From a virus (lineage: Duplodnaviria > Caudoviricetes), in the IMG/VR virus record IMGVR_UViG_3300028840_003815, positions 1 through 61,424 of that record: a stretch of DNA of 61,424 nucleotides; one strand, given 5' to 3'. Under the pieces are notes generated by a model. It was not told the origin of the DNA. It was given only the letters and a program-made list of their open reading frames with translations, and searched no databases. Both the position numbers and the translations under genes were made by a program. Below are positions 37,361 to 46,022 of this stretch, piece by piece. Numbering within the stretch: the first letter of the stretch is position 1; every line of letters begins with the position of its first letter.

Positions 37361-37954
37361 ATGATTGATCTTCTTAAAGAATCGGTAGATAAATTTAATT
37401 CATTCAGACAAGAAAATCCTGAGATAAAAATTGACTTTCAGGGGGTAGATTTACAGGGTATGAATCTCCAGAATGTTGACCTGCAGGGTGCGAATCTCCA
37501 GAATGTTGACCTGCGATATACAGACCTTCAGAATGCGAAGCTCGAAAATGCTGATCTCCGATGTACATCTCTTAGATATGCAGACATTCAGAGGGCAAAC
37601 CTTAGATATGCTAAGCTCTCTGATGCTGACCTTCGTGGTGCTGACCTCAGTCATACTATTCTTCTAAGGGCAGACATTAGAGATGCGGATCTCCGGTATG
37701 TTGATCTCCATAATGCTGATCTCAGTCATGCAGACATCAGGGGAGCCGTTTTAGATTTCTCTTGCATCCCTTTATCCTGCAAAACAACTGGGATAATCGT
37801 TGATGACAGATTTATTGCTCAACAGTTATTTTATTTAACACGGCAAAATACAAAATATTGTTCCGGTGGGGTTCAAGAAGCCATTGAACATATAAAAGAT
37901 ATGGCGGTCTCTGATTTGTTTTGCGAATACCGTAATGATATTTCTCGATTATAA
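37361..37954 (+). CDS. pentapeptide-repeat protein
   Basis: (A/V)DLxx repeats; AAGGAG RBS before ATG 37361. Confidence 0.92.
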   Translation: MIDLLKESVDKFNSFRQENPEIKIDFQGVDLQGMNLQNVDLQGANLQNVDLRYTDLQNAKLENADLRCTSLRYADIQRANLRYAKLSDADLRGADLSHTILLRADIRDADLRYVDLHNADLSHADIRGAVLDFSCIPLSCKTTGIIVDDRFIAQQLFYLTRQNTKYCSGGVQEAIEHIKDMAVSDLFCEYRNDISRL

Positions 37955-37958
37955 AAAT

Positions 37959-37974
37959 TGTTCCACGTAGAACA
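37959..37974. other. parS-like palindrome 2 (TGTTCCACGTAGAACA)
   Basis: Reverse complement of site 1. Confidence 0.8.
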
Positions 37975-38040
37975 TTTCAGGGATAGATTTCGGGTAGCTC
38001 CCGGAATTGATAAGCCGGATTAATGCACCGGCTTCCCTGA
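37975..38040 (+). ncRNA. structured RNA element copy 3 (different loop)
   Basis: Same stems; loop ATTAATGCA. Confidence 0.75.
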
Positions 38041-38106
38041 TATCTCTCACCATGAGGGGTTATGAACTTCATGAGTTGCCAAAAACATTAAGGGGAAATA
38101 TTCATA

Positions 38107-38385
38107 ATGAAATGGTATCAGTGTGATATTATCAAAAAGTCAGGGGATATTAAGTTTTGGTGCAGGTTTATCGCTCATGATGCCCAAGATGCTGAAAAAC
38201 GCATTGAAACACTTTTAAAAAAAACTTTAACTGGGAGTATAAAAAATAAAGCCTACTTGTTTGCGGCTAAAAGATACATTGATGATTTTAGGATTACAGC
38301 CGTACCGGAAAATATTTTGGCAATGTATGACTTAAATAAATCTTCAGATGTGGATTTGTTTTATGTGAAAGGCAAGGAGGGTTAA
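38107..38385 (+). CDS. hypothetical protein
   Basis: AAGGGG RBS. Confidence 0.7.
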   Translation: MKWYQCDIIKKSGDIKFWCRFIAHDAQDAEKRIETLLKKTLTGSIKNKAYLFAAKRYIDDFRITAVPENILAMYDLNKSSDVDLFYVKGKEG

Positions 38386-38392
38386 AAAGTTC

Positions 38393-38517
38393 TTGACATA
38401 TGATACACGTTAGTATAGTATACCAAACATAAGTTTTTTTTGCCAAAATAATTCAACATTGGGTGTGGACTTATTTTGTCGGGGGGCGTTCCATAGGGGA
38501 GCGCTCCCTTTTTTTTG
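38393..38517 (+). ncRNA. candidate small RNA (promoter plus terminator, no ORF)
   Basis: TTGACA-17-TAGTAT, about 90 nt, GC hairpin plus T run. Confidence 0.4.
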
Positions 38518-38541
38518 CTTGACAGAGTTAAAGCTTTAGTA

Positions 38542-39330
38542 TAACTTGACAATGTCATACTAATGGTTTTTCAAAAAGTTGGAATAAAAATAGTTATTAT
38601 CCTAATGGTAAAGAAAAATTTGGTGTTTCATTAAAATATAAATTTTTAGAATATTTGGGTAAGGGGTGGTATCGTCCAGATTTTGCTCCGGTAGACTATT
38701 CAATAACAACACAACATTCTGACATTAAAGATATTATTAACAAGTGGAGAAAAAGATTAGATCGTAAAGTGGCTTTTGCAATATATAAAAATTGGGGATT
38801 TTTTAAAAAATATCAAATTGAAAGCATAACTGTCTTAAAAAACAAAATTGAAACGGGAGAATTACTATGACTATAAAGAATTTGGAATCAAGTATTCCTG
38901 CAAATAATGAAAAAATTATTGAGATATACAAAAAAGTAAAGGCTGGACAACTTGATCATAGTCCTGACTTTCAAAGAAAACTTGTTTGGAAAAAGCAACA
39001 TAAAATTAATTTTATAAAAACTATACTGCTTAATTATCCTTTCCCGGAGATATATAAAGCACCAGGAGATTTGAATGTTGATGATTTAGAATTGACAGAT
39101 TTGATTGTTGATGGCCAGCAAAGAGTAAATGCGATTGTAAATTTTATTGATTCTAAAGATGTTTTCGCCTTACCTAAAACATCTTTAAAATTTACAAATC
39201 TTACCAAAAAAGAAAAAGAAGATTTTCTGAATTATGAAGTTTCTGTACGTTATTTGAAAAATGCTGATAAAGCACAAATAAAAGAAATTTTTCAGCGAAT
39301 AAACAATACAGATATGACATTGTCAAGTTA
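38542..39330. mobile_element. 789-bp cassette bounded by perfect 18-bp inverted repeats
   Basis: taacttgacaatgtcata (38542-38559) / tatgacattgtcaagtta (39313-39330). Confidence 0.6.
38550..38870 (+). pseudogene. apparently 5'-truncated gene fragment
   Basis: Frame is open back to the left inverted repeat with no ATG or RBS; the track uses TTG 38655. Confidence 0.5.
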
Positions 39331-39331
39331 A
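38867..39331 (+). CDS. DUF262 (GmrS, ParB/Srx-fold) domain only, 3'-truncated
   Basis: PDFQR..VW, I.TIL..YP.PEI, IVDGQQR, EIFQRIN; ends inside the right inverted repeat. Confidence 0.88.
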   Translation: MTIKNLESSIPANNEKIIEIYKKVKAGQLDHSPDFQRKLVWKKQHKINFIKTILLNYPFPEIYKAPGDLNVDDLELTDLIVDGQQRVNAIVNFIDSKDVFALPKTSLKFTNLTKKEKEDFLNYEVSVRYLKNADKAQIKEIFQRINNTDMTLSS

Positions 39332-39366
39332 AGTGCTGGAACATATTCCAAAGCTTATAAAATAAT

Positions 39367-39382
39367 TGTTCTACGTGGAACA
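39367..39382. other. parS-like palindrome 3
   Basis: TGTTCTACGTGGAACA. Confidence 0.8.
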
Positions 39383-39404
39383 TTTTTAAAAGGAATAAAG
39401 CTAA

Positions 39405-39594
39405 ATGTGTAAACATATAGAATCAAAAACTTGCTGGTGTAATCCCACTGTTGAAGACTATTCAAAAAAAAAAGAAAGTTAATTTCTGCTGGCATTGTGG
39501 TCGAAAACTTCAAGGAAATCATCGTGTTGAAAAGTTTATAGATGGTGAAATAAGAACACTCCATAAACAATGTGCTAAAAATTGTTCCACGTAG
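39405..39594 (+). pseudogene. small Cys/His-rich gene split at an A10 tract
   Basis: MCKHIESKTCWCNP..., then +1 frame KVNFCWHCGRKL...LHKQCA. Confidence 0.55.
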
Positions 39595-39598
39595 AACA
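39583..39598. other. parS-like palindrome 4
   Basis: TGTTCCACGTAGAACA. Confidence 0.8.
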
Positions 39599-39616
39599 TT
39601 TTTAAAAGGAGTAAAA

Positions 39617-40132
39617 ATGATACTATGTGATTTAGAAATTAAAGAAATGGCTCAAGCCGGTATGATTGAGCCATTCTCTATAAAAAATCTTAATCCCGCA
39701 AGCTACGATCTTACACTTGGGGATAAATTCAGAGTACCGGAATCCGGGGGCTGGTCTGATGAAGTCCATATGCCAGAAGCAGGTATTGATCTTGATGTTT
39801 TCCCCTTTATCCTCGCTCATTCTCTTGAATACCTGAACATGCCTGATAATATAGCAGCTATGCTATATAGTAAAAGCACTGCCGGCCGCAAAGGGATTGA
39901 GCATTCTCACGCCGGATTTATTGATCCAGGATTTCCAGGGCAACTGACTTTTGAAGTTAGTTGCCTATGGCCTTTTAAGCGGATTATAAAACCCGGTAAT
40001 AAATTATTCCAGATTGTATTTTTCAGAATGTCCGGGAAGCCGGAAAAGAATTATATGGAAAAATCTGATTCTCATTATGTAAATCAGTCCGGAGCCACTG
40101 CTAATTATGATAATGGAAGGAGCAGTTTATGA
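39617..40132 (+). CDS. dcd: dCTP deaminase
   Basis: NPASYDLTLG, KST.GR.G, AGFIDPGF.GQLT.E, Y..Q.G. Confidence 0.92.
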   Translation: MILCDLEIKEMAQAGMIEPFSIKNLNPASYDLTLGDKFRVPESGGWSDEVHMPEAGIDLDVFPFILAHSLEYLNMPDNIAAMLYSKSTAGRKGIEHSHAGFIDPGFPGQLTFEVSCLWPFKRIIKPGNKLFQIVFFRMSGKPEKNYMEKSDSHYVNQSGATANYDNGRSSL

Positions 40133-40476
40133 AATTTAGGAATTTAACAGATTGTACTATCGAAGTAGTTAATCATTTGTCCGGTGAAACTGTTTTATTT
40201 ATAGAACCTGAATACATTGGATTGGATGTAATAAAAAAAGCTATCCATGTCGATTCTGTCCATGTAAAAGATATTCCATTTTTCAAAATATACCATAAAG
40301 TTAATGGCTTACCAGAGCCTCAAGCCGATACAATGTTAATTGTACCGTATGATTTTTTTATGTTAGTATCAGATAGGTATGATATTTGTTGCCCAGATAC
40401 ATGGCCTGAAGCACTGAGCGGGGTTCATGGAAATGTGTTTAAGGCTAATGGGTTTCAGGTTCATCATGTCAAATAA
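40129..40476 (+). CDS. conserved phage hypothetical protein
   Basis: NLT..I...GLPEP....LIV......R.D...P. Confidence 0.7.
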   Translation: MKFRNLTDCTIEVVNHLSGETVLFIEPEYIGLDVIKKAIHVDSVHVKDIPFFKIYHKVNGLPEPQADTMLIVPYDFFMLVSDRYDICCPDTWPEALSGVHGNVFKANGFQVHHVK

Positions 40477-40798
40477 TAATATAAAGCCCTCAGTATGTCC
40501 AAAATGCTGGAAAAAAACATTATATAAGTTTTCAAGCAATGATATGTATTGTGATAGTTGTGGCTTTACATGCCCTGAAATAATAGAAATAGACAGAGAT
40601 CGTATTAATTTAATTTCTGAAATGGATGAAACACAAAAAGATTTTTTTGCAATCGGGCTTGCGTTTCATTCTGTATGGATGACAGACAAAGCTTTAAAAC
40701 GAGGCGAAAAAAATGTGCATCCAAGCGATATTAAATGTATGGAAATAATTGTAAGCCTATTGAATAAATACGGATTAAGTCATTCTTTAGGTGGTTAA
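40466..40798 (+). CDS. Zn-ribbon protein
   Basis: CPKC..YCDSCG. Confidence 0.65.
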   Translation: MSNNNIKPSVCPKCWKKTLYKFSSNDMYCDSCGFTCPEIIEIDRDRINLISEMDETQKDFFAIGLAFHSVWMTDKALKRGEKNVHPSDIKCMEIIVSLLNKYGLSHSLGG

Positions 40799-41033
40799 AA
40801 AATGGCGTGACAATAGATTTAATACAGAGTATTATATTTTATATTAAATATAAATGGATTGATATACCACGAAAAAAGGGTGTATTAATCCATTTATAGC
40901 GGATAAAACATGGTGTTTAATCTGGTTCCCCAACCGATTTAAATTCGTTTTTGTCTGCAAAACTTCTTAAAAACCGGGTTTATTCAAGGTGTTGGCGCAC
41001 CTTAGTGAGTCCGGTTTTTTTATTTTTTTATAC

Positions 41034-41174
41034 TTGACATTCAAATATGAATCCTGTATATATATTTACAGTAATTGGGAGCTTTCTGTTTTTATTTCAT
41101 AAAGATTTTTTCCTTTTGAGTGTTAATGTTAAGAAAGGGGGATGGTGCGCAGGGCATCACCCCCTTTTCTTTTT
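41034..41174 (+). ncRNA. candidate small RNA (promoter plus terminator)
   Basis: TTGACA-17-TATATA; pyrimidine-rich anti-RBS-like core; GC hairpin plus T run. Confidence 0.4.
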
Positions 41175-41193
41175 GTAAGGATATTGATAAAAA

Positions 41194-41706
41194 ATGATTT
41201 GCCGTAATTGTGGTGTAGAATCAGAGTTTTATAAGGGTAGACGAGTCTGTAAGGCTTGTGTTCGCAAAAAACATCAAGCATATAGAAGCCGTCCTGATGT
41301 TAAAGAGAGACAAAAAGAATACCATAAAGAGTACAAAAAACGGCCTGAAGTTAGAGAAAAAAGAAAAAAATATATTCAAAAATATAATCAACGCCCTGAA
41401 GTTAAAGAAAAAATAAAAATATATAAAAGAGAATATGAAAAACGCCCTCATGTTCTTAAATATAGGCAGGAATATAGAAACCGGCCTGAAGTTAAAAAGA
41501 GAGCTGCGGAAATGAGAGTTAAACCTAAAAAAGTTAAAATCAAAAAAGACCCCTTTCATTTTAAAAAATATATTGACAATGGCAGAAAATGCAGATTGTG
41601 TAATGAAAACACTCAGGGAAATTGGTTTTATTGTCCTGTATGTTATAAAAAAGTTTGTAAAAAAACTAATTATGCCGAAACTGATAACAATACTGCGGAG
41701 ATTTGA
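41194..41706 (+). CDS. Zn-finger protein with (Y..RPEVKE)n repeats
   Basis: CRNC..CKAC, basic repeats, CRLC..CPVC. Confidence 0.75.
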   Translation: MICRNCGVESEFYKGRRVCKACVRKKHQAYRSRPDVKERQKEYHKEYKKRPEVREKRKKYIQKYNQRPEVKEKIKIYKREYEKRPHVLKYRQEYRNRPEVKKRAAEMRVKPKKVKIKKDPFHFKKYIDNGRKCRLCNENTQGNWFYCPVCYKKVCKKTNYAETDNNTAEI

Positions 41707-41764
41707 CCAGACTTAATAAATAATACTTGACATTTTATTGATTTTTTTGATAGATATAAATATT

Positions 41765-42886
41765 ATGATTGGATATCCTCAAATAACGCTTCCATCCGGG
41801 AGCGAAAATCAAATTTTAGCTTTTAACGGTTCTGGACAATTACAAGTCTTTAGCTTATTTGACGGAGCCGGGAAAATAGACGCTCAATACCTTCCTGATA
41901 TAACAATTACTACAACACATGTGGTTACGAGCGAGGCTGCGCAAATACTTCTTACTGTTCAAGAGGGTGATGTTGCTATAAGAACAGACTTGAATAAGTC
42001 ATATATTGCACTCAATTCTGATAATTTAGATATGGAAGACTGGCAAGAATTATTATCACCATTGGATTCTGTATCTTCTGTTTTCGGAAGAACAGGAAAT
42101 GTAATTGCTGAAAATAATGATTATACGTGGGCGCAGATTAATAAAACAACATCTTCTCTTGCTGATATTACCACAAAAAATCATTCTGATTTATCCGGGA
42201 TAACTACTAATATTCATACTCCTGTGGATGCCGGTACAGCCGATTACAATACTCTTGTATGGGATAATGATAATCAGAAATTTATCCCTAACAATGTTTT
42301 AAGTGTTGATTTTGATAATAAAAAAATAAAGCTGAAATATTCTGATAGCATTTATACTGACATATTCACTGATAGCGATGGTTATTCTTATATTGAGCCT
42401 CTTGGAGGGGAATTATTTTTAAAATCAGATAATACAGCTCTTGGGCATAAATTATTAAATATTATAGGGCCGAGACCGGCTATTTATCAGGAAGTTCAGC
42501 GCAGTGCCGGAGGATTCGCTTTTTATACAAATCAGCTTTATGCTAAAAATACAAATACTTTATTAACGGCGAAAATGGCAGAAATTGGGGTATACGGAGA
42601 TGTACAATCTGGAGAGAACCCGCCGTCATTAACTTATTTTTATATTGCGACTCAAACAGAAGATTATTCCAATGCGTCATTTAAAATTTATTCAGACTAT
42701 TTTAATTTAAATAAAAATTTAGGCGTTGGAATGTCTAATTTCGCTAATGGGCAAAAAGTAGTAGGGATTGGTAACGGAACAGCGCCCACCGGAACGCCTT
42801 CCGGAGGAGGTCTGTTATATGTTGAAGCCGGTGCATTAAAATATAAAGGCTCATCTGGAACTATAACAACAATTGGGGTAGCATAG
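41765..42886 (+). CDS. tail-fibre-like virion protein
   Basis: GKI...[22 protein letters not shown]...DY; C-terminal [18 protein letters not shown]. Confidence 0.7.
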   Translation: MIGYPQITLPSGSENQILAFNGSGQLQVFSLFDGAGKIDAQYLPDITITTTHVVTSEAAQILLTVQEGDVAIRTDLNKSYIALNSDNLDMEDWQELLSPLDSVSSVFGRTGNVIAENNDYTWAQINKTTSSLADITTKNHSDLSGITTNIHTPVDAGTADYNTLVWDNDNQKFIPNNVLSVDFDNKKIKLKYSDSIYTDIFTDSDGYSYIEPLGGELFLKSDNTALGHKLLNIIGPRPAIYQEVQRSAGGFAFYTNQLYAKNTNTLLTAKMAEIGVYGDVQSGENPPSLTYFYIATQTEDYSNASFKIYSDYFNLNKNLGVGMSNFANGQKVVGIGNGTAPTGTPSGGGLLYVEAGALKYKGSSGTITTIGVA

Positions 42887-43123
42887 ATGATTGATATTGT
42901 TGGATTTATAATTAGTCAAGACCCTGTTGCAAGCATGACAGCGGCACAAAAACAAGCAATATTAGACAGGTTTTGCCGGGCAAGAGGATATGTTGAGGAA
43001 AGCGGGCAAACTAAAAAAGAATTTATGAATCAAGACATTTGTCAATATATAAAAACCATGTTCGATGCTGACGCAAAAAAAGAAGCCACAAGAGGCTTAA
43101 TATATGATACTTTGGAGTTTTAA
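42887..43123 (+). CDS. small protein following the fibre gene (chaperone-like)
   Basis: Position; ORF. Confidence 0.55.
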   Translation: MIDIVGFIISQDPVASMTAAQKQAILDRFCRARGYVEESGQTKKEFMNQDICQYIKTMFDADAKKEATRGLIYDTLEF

Positions 43124-43126
43124 TAT

Positions 43127-43261
43127 ATGGAATTAACAAAAGAAGAAATTAATTTTTTATATAATCTATTACAGTCTCCTATCCCCGCAAGTGCAGATGG
43201 GCATAAACTCATAGCTGATTTATACGAAAAATTGAAAAAGGTAGCCAATGACAACAAATAA
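43127..43261 (+). CDS. 44-aa protein (not in ORF track)
   Basis: GGAG RBS; MELTKEEINFLYNLL. Confidence 0.55.
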   Translation: MELTKEEINFLYNLLQSPIPASADGHKLIADLYEKLKKVANDNK

Positions 43262-44312
43262 CGGCTATGCAAATTTAGGGGATACAATTCGTTTTATAGC
43301 AGTATTCCCGGATTCAACAGGGGCATTTCAAACGGGATTAAGCCCGACAATATCTGTAAAGCTATTGACAGGGGTATCGTTACTTGTAACCGGTGCTGCA
43401 ATGACTGAAGATAGCAATTTGCCGGGAGTCTATTATTATGAGTATACCCCTCCCTCTGCTGGAATATATATAAGCAAAGCCATTACTGGAACACTTCACG
43501 CTATTCCATACATGATTATCGGCGATGGGCTTGGAGCGATTGAGGCAACAAGTCAGAATATTTTATCAGATACAGCTAAGCTTGACATTGCAGTAAGTAC
43601 ACGAGCGAGCGCTGCGGATGTTTGGACATATGGAACACGGACTTTATCAAGTTTTGGTTCTCTAATTTCTGATATATGGAATTATGTAAGCCGGACACTG
43701 ACTACATTCGGATTTACAGTAACAACAGATACAGCAAGTCGGGATGCCAGCAAAGCGGATATAACAAACCTTGCTACAAGCGCAGAAATATCAAATTTGA
43801 ATAATTTAAGTGCGCAACAGGTATGGGAATATGTAACTCGTGAATTGACATCGGCGGGGGCAGGGGGAGCGACTGCACAAGAAGTATGGGAATATGCAAC
43901 CCGTGAATTAACATCAGCAGCAGGGATAACTGAAACTCAATTCCATGATTATCTACAATCATATCCTGATAGCCTTGATCCTGCAGATACCCCTGCGATA
44001 CCTCTCCCCCCTGAAAATACAGCAGTAGTTTTGATTTATAAATATTGCAGAAACAAAGATGATTCAATACTTGCAAGTGCAACTCCGTCATGTCAACTGT
44101 TAGAATATACAACTGCGGATGGAAAAGCTTATTATGTTAATAAAGAAGCTATGTCATTTAACCCTGAGACAGGTTTAGCGTCAATACTTGTGCCTCCCAA
44201 TGCTTATATAAGAGTAAAGATTCCTGAGATAGATATGGATATTATAGGCTATTCCGGGGCTGGTGGCACGTCTCTTGACGCTGATTTGCTTTATACGGAA
44301 AGGCAAGTTTAA
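43248..44312 (+). CDS. putative virion protein with VW.Y.TR.LT repeats
   Basis: Four ADVWTYGTRTLS / QEVWEYATRELT-type repeats; TGLSPTI..MTE....GVY.Y. Confidence 0.65.
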   Translation: MTTNNGYANLGDTIRFIAVFPDSTGAFQTGLSPTISVKLLTGVSLLVTGAAMTEDSNLPGVYYYEYTPPSAGIYISKAITGTLHAIPYMIIGDGLGAIEATSQNILSDTAKLDIAVSTRASAADVWTYGTRTLSSFGSLISDIWNYVSRTLTTFGFTVTTDTASRDASKADITNLATSAEISNLNNLSAQQVWEYVTRELTSAGAGGATAQEVWEYATRELTSAAGITETQFHDYLQSYPDSLDPADTPAIPLPPENTAVVLIYKYCRNKDDSILASATPSCQLLEYTTADGKAYYVNKEAMSFNPETGLASILVPPNAYIRVKIPEIDMDIIGYSGAGGTSLDADLLYTERQV

Positions 44313-44636
44313 ATGAATCATAACGATATAGAAAATTTGTTTCAAGAACACCCAGATGTTAAATTTTTTGATTTTGTGGGTGAATGCCATGATTGCGGTA
44401 AAGATACAACTGTAACAATTGAGAGGCTGATAGATGGGTTTAAAATTTCAGGCGGGGCTTTGTATACAAAAAACATTAAATGCCAAAAATGCTATGAATT
44501 AGAGCCTGCTTTAAAGCAAAAATGTGAAATATACAGCAGAGTAGTTGGGTATATGCGACCCGTGCAAAGCTGGAATAATGGCAAACAACAGGAGTTTGAA
44601 AAGCGAAAAAAATTCGATGGGGATGTAAATGCTTAG
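44313..44636 (+). CDS. stand-alone NrdD C-terminal (glycyl-radical loop) Zn-ribbon protein
   Basis: CHDC..CQKC; CEIYSRVVGYMRPV..WNNGKQ.EF..R. Confidence 0.85.
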   Translation: MNHNDIENLFQEHPDVKFFDFVGECHDCGKDTTVTIERLIDGFKISGGALYTKNIKCQKCYELEPALKQKCEIYSRVVGYMRPVQSWNNGKQQEFEKRKKFDGDVNA

Positions 44637-45396
44637 AAGACTTGGAAACAAAAAGAAAATATTACCGCATTTGCTTCCTTTATTCCCGGAATGCAAAACT
44701 TTTATTGATATGTTCATGGGAACAGGGTCCGTATCCTTTGCAATGATAAAGCGCTGTAATTATGTATTTGCAAATGATATTGAGAATGAAATATTTAATC
44801 TGTATCAGGTACTTAAAAATGATAAAGATGAATTGATTAAACAGCTTCAGATTATGCCTGTTCATAATGGATTGTTTCAGCATTGGAGGCATAATAAAGA
44901 ATCTGAAGCGGTTATGAAGGCAGTCAGGTTTTTGTTTTTAAGTAATTTTGGGTATATGGGTGTATCAGAAGCGCTTCGTTTTGGCATGGTGAAATCTAAA
45001 AAAATCTTACTCAATAATATTGAAGAAGTTTTTAGGAAAATCCAGAATGTTCAGTTTTTGAATTATGATTTCAGAGAAGTTTTAAAGAAAATAGAAATAA
45101 AGAATATTCAAAACGCTTTCCTATACTGCGACCCGCCGTATTTAAACACTACATCAAATTATAATTCAGAATGGAAATTGCAGGATACTGAAGACTTATT
45201 CCAGATATGTATGGATTCCGGCTTGCGTTTTGCCATTTCTGAATTTGAGAATCCTATCATTGTTGATATGGCTAAATCTTCCGGCTTAAAAGTGAATCAT
45301 GTTATTGAGCGTAAATCTTTAAGGAATCGTAATAATGAAATTTTAATAACTAATTATTCAACAGCAAAACAAAGATTATTATTTTATGGAACTTAA
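44629..45396 (+). CDS. DNA adenine methyltransferase (D12/Dam-like)
   Basis: GNK, DMFMGTGSV, ND, YCDPPY, EILITNY. Confidence 0.93.
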   Translation: MLRRLGNKKKILPHLLPLFPECKTFIDMFMGTGSVSFAMIKRCNYVFANDIENEIFNLYQVLKNDKDELIKQLQIMPVHNGLFQHWRHNKESEAVMKAVRFLFLSNFGYMGVSEALRFGMVKSKKILLNNIEEVFRKIQNVQFLNYDFREVLKKIEIKNIQNAFLYCDPPYLNTTSNYNSEWKLQDTEDLFQICMDSGLRFAISEFENPIIVDMAKSSGLKVNHVIERKSLRNRNNEILITNYSTAKQRLLFYGT

Positions 45397-45721
45397 ACAT
45401 TTTATATTCTCATTAGTATTAATTCCTGTATCTGTTGCATTTTTTAAAAAAGAAATAGGGGATTTCATTACAGCATTTTCAATCTACCGGAACAGGCGCT
45501 TTGATGAAGATAGAGACCCAAACACCCCGGACACATGCCAGTTATTAAATCCAGCCAAAGGCAAATGGACAACTGTTATTATTGAAAAATATGTGTTTAG
45601 TCTCAATAAAAATAAAAGCGGTGTTTATGTATTGCATCCCTGTAAAAACAATAAACACGCTCGTGAGATTTTCAGATTTTCTGACTGGGATAAAATAAGA
45701 AAAAGGGAATTACCAAAATAG
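45386..45721 (+). CDS. hypothetical protein with N-terminal TM helix
   Basis: FIFSLVLIPVSVAFF. Confidence 0.65.
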   Translation: MELKHFIFSLVLIPVSVAFFKKEIGDFITAFSIYRNRRFDEDRDPNTPDTCQLLNPAKGKWTTVIIEKYVFSLNKNKSGVYVLHPCKNNKHAREIFRFSDWDKIRKRELPK

Positions 45722-45722
45722 T

Positions 45723-46022
45723 ATGGACAAAACGATTTATGAAAAAACTTTAAAACATTATGGAGAAGATAAACAGATTCTCAAAATTGCAGAGGCTTGT
45801 AATGAGTTATCTGTTAAAGTTTTTCACTTGAGAGATAATAAAGTGAGTTTGGGGCAGGTTGCGGAAAAGATCGCAGAAGTTGAAATTATGTGTCAGCAAG
45901 GCCGGTTAATCGTAGGGGATGATATAGTTGACAATGAAAAAAGAATGAAGCTTAAACAGCTTGAGTATAATATCCAGAGAGAAAAGTTTGGAAAGATATT
46001 GAATGAAACTAAAAAAATATAA
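45723..46022 (+). CDS. MazG-like protein (degenerate)
   Basis: YG...Q.....EA..EL......EKIAEV.IM..Q. Confidence 0.6.
   Translation: MDKTIYEKTLKHYGEDKQILKIAEACNELSVKVFHLRDNKVSLGQVAEKIAEVEIMCQQGRLIVGDDIVDNEKRMKLKQLEYNIQREKFGKILNETKKI

Noticed and set aside
38867-39331. Canonical ParB for the parS sites
   Set aside because: Motifs are DUF262-type (FQR, DGQQR) and there is no HTH DNA-binding domain.
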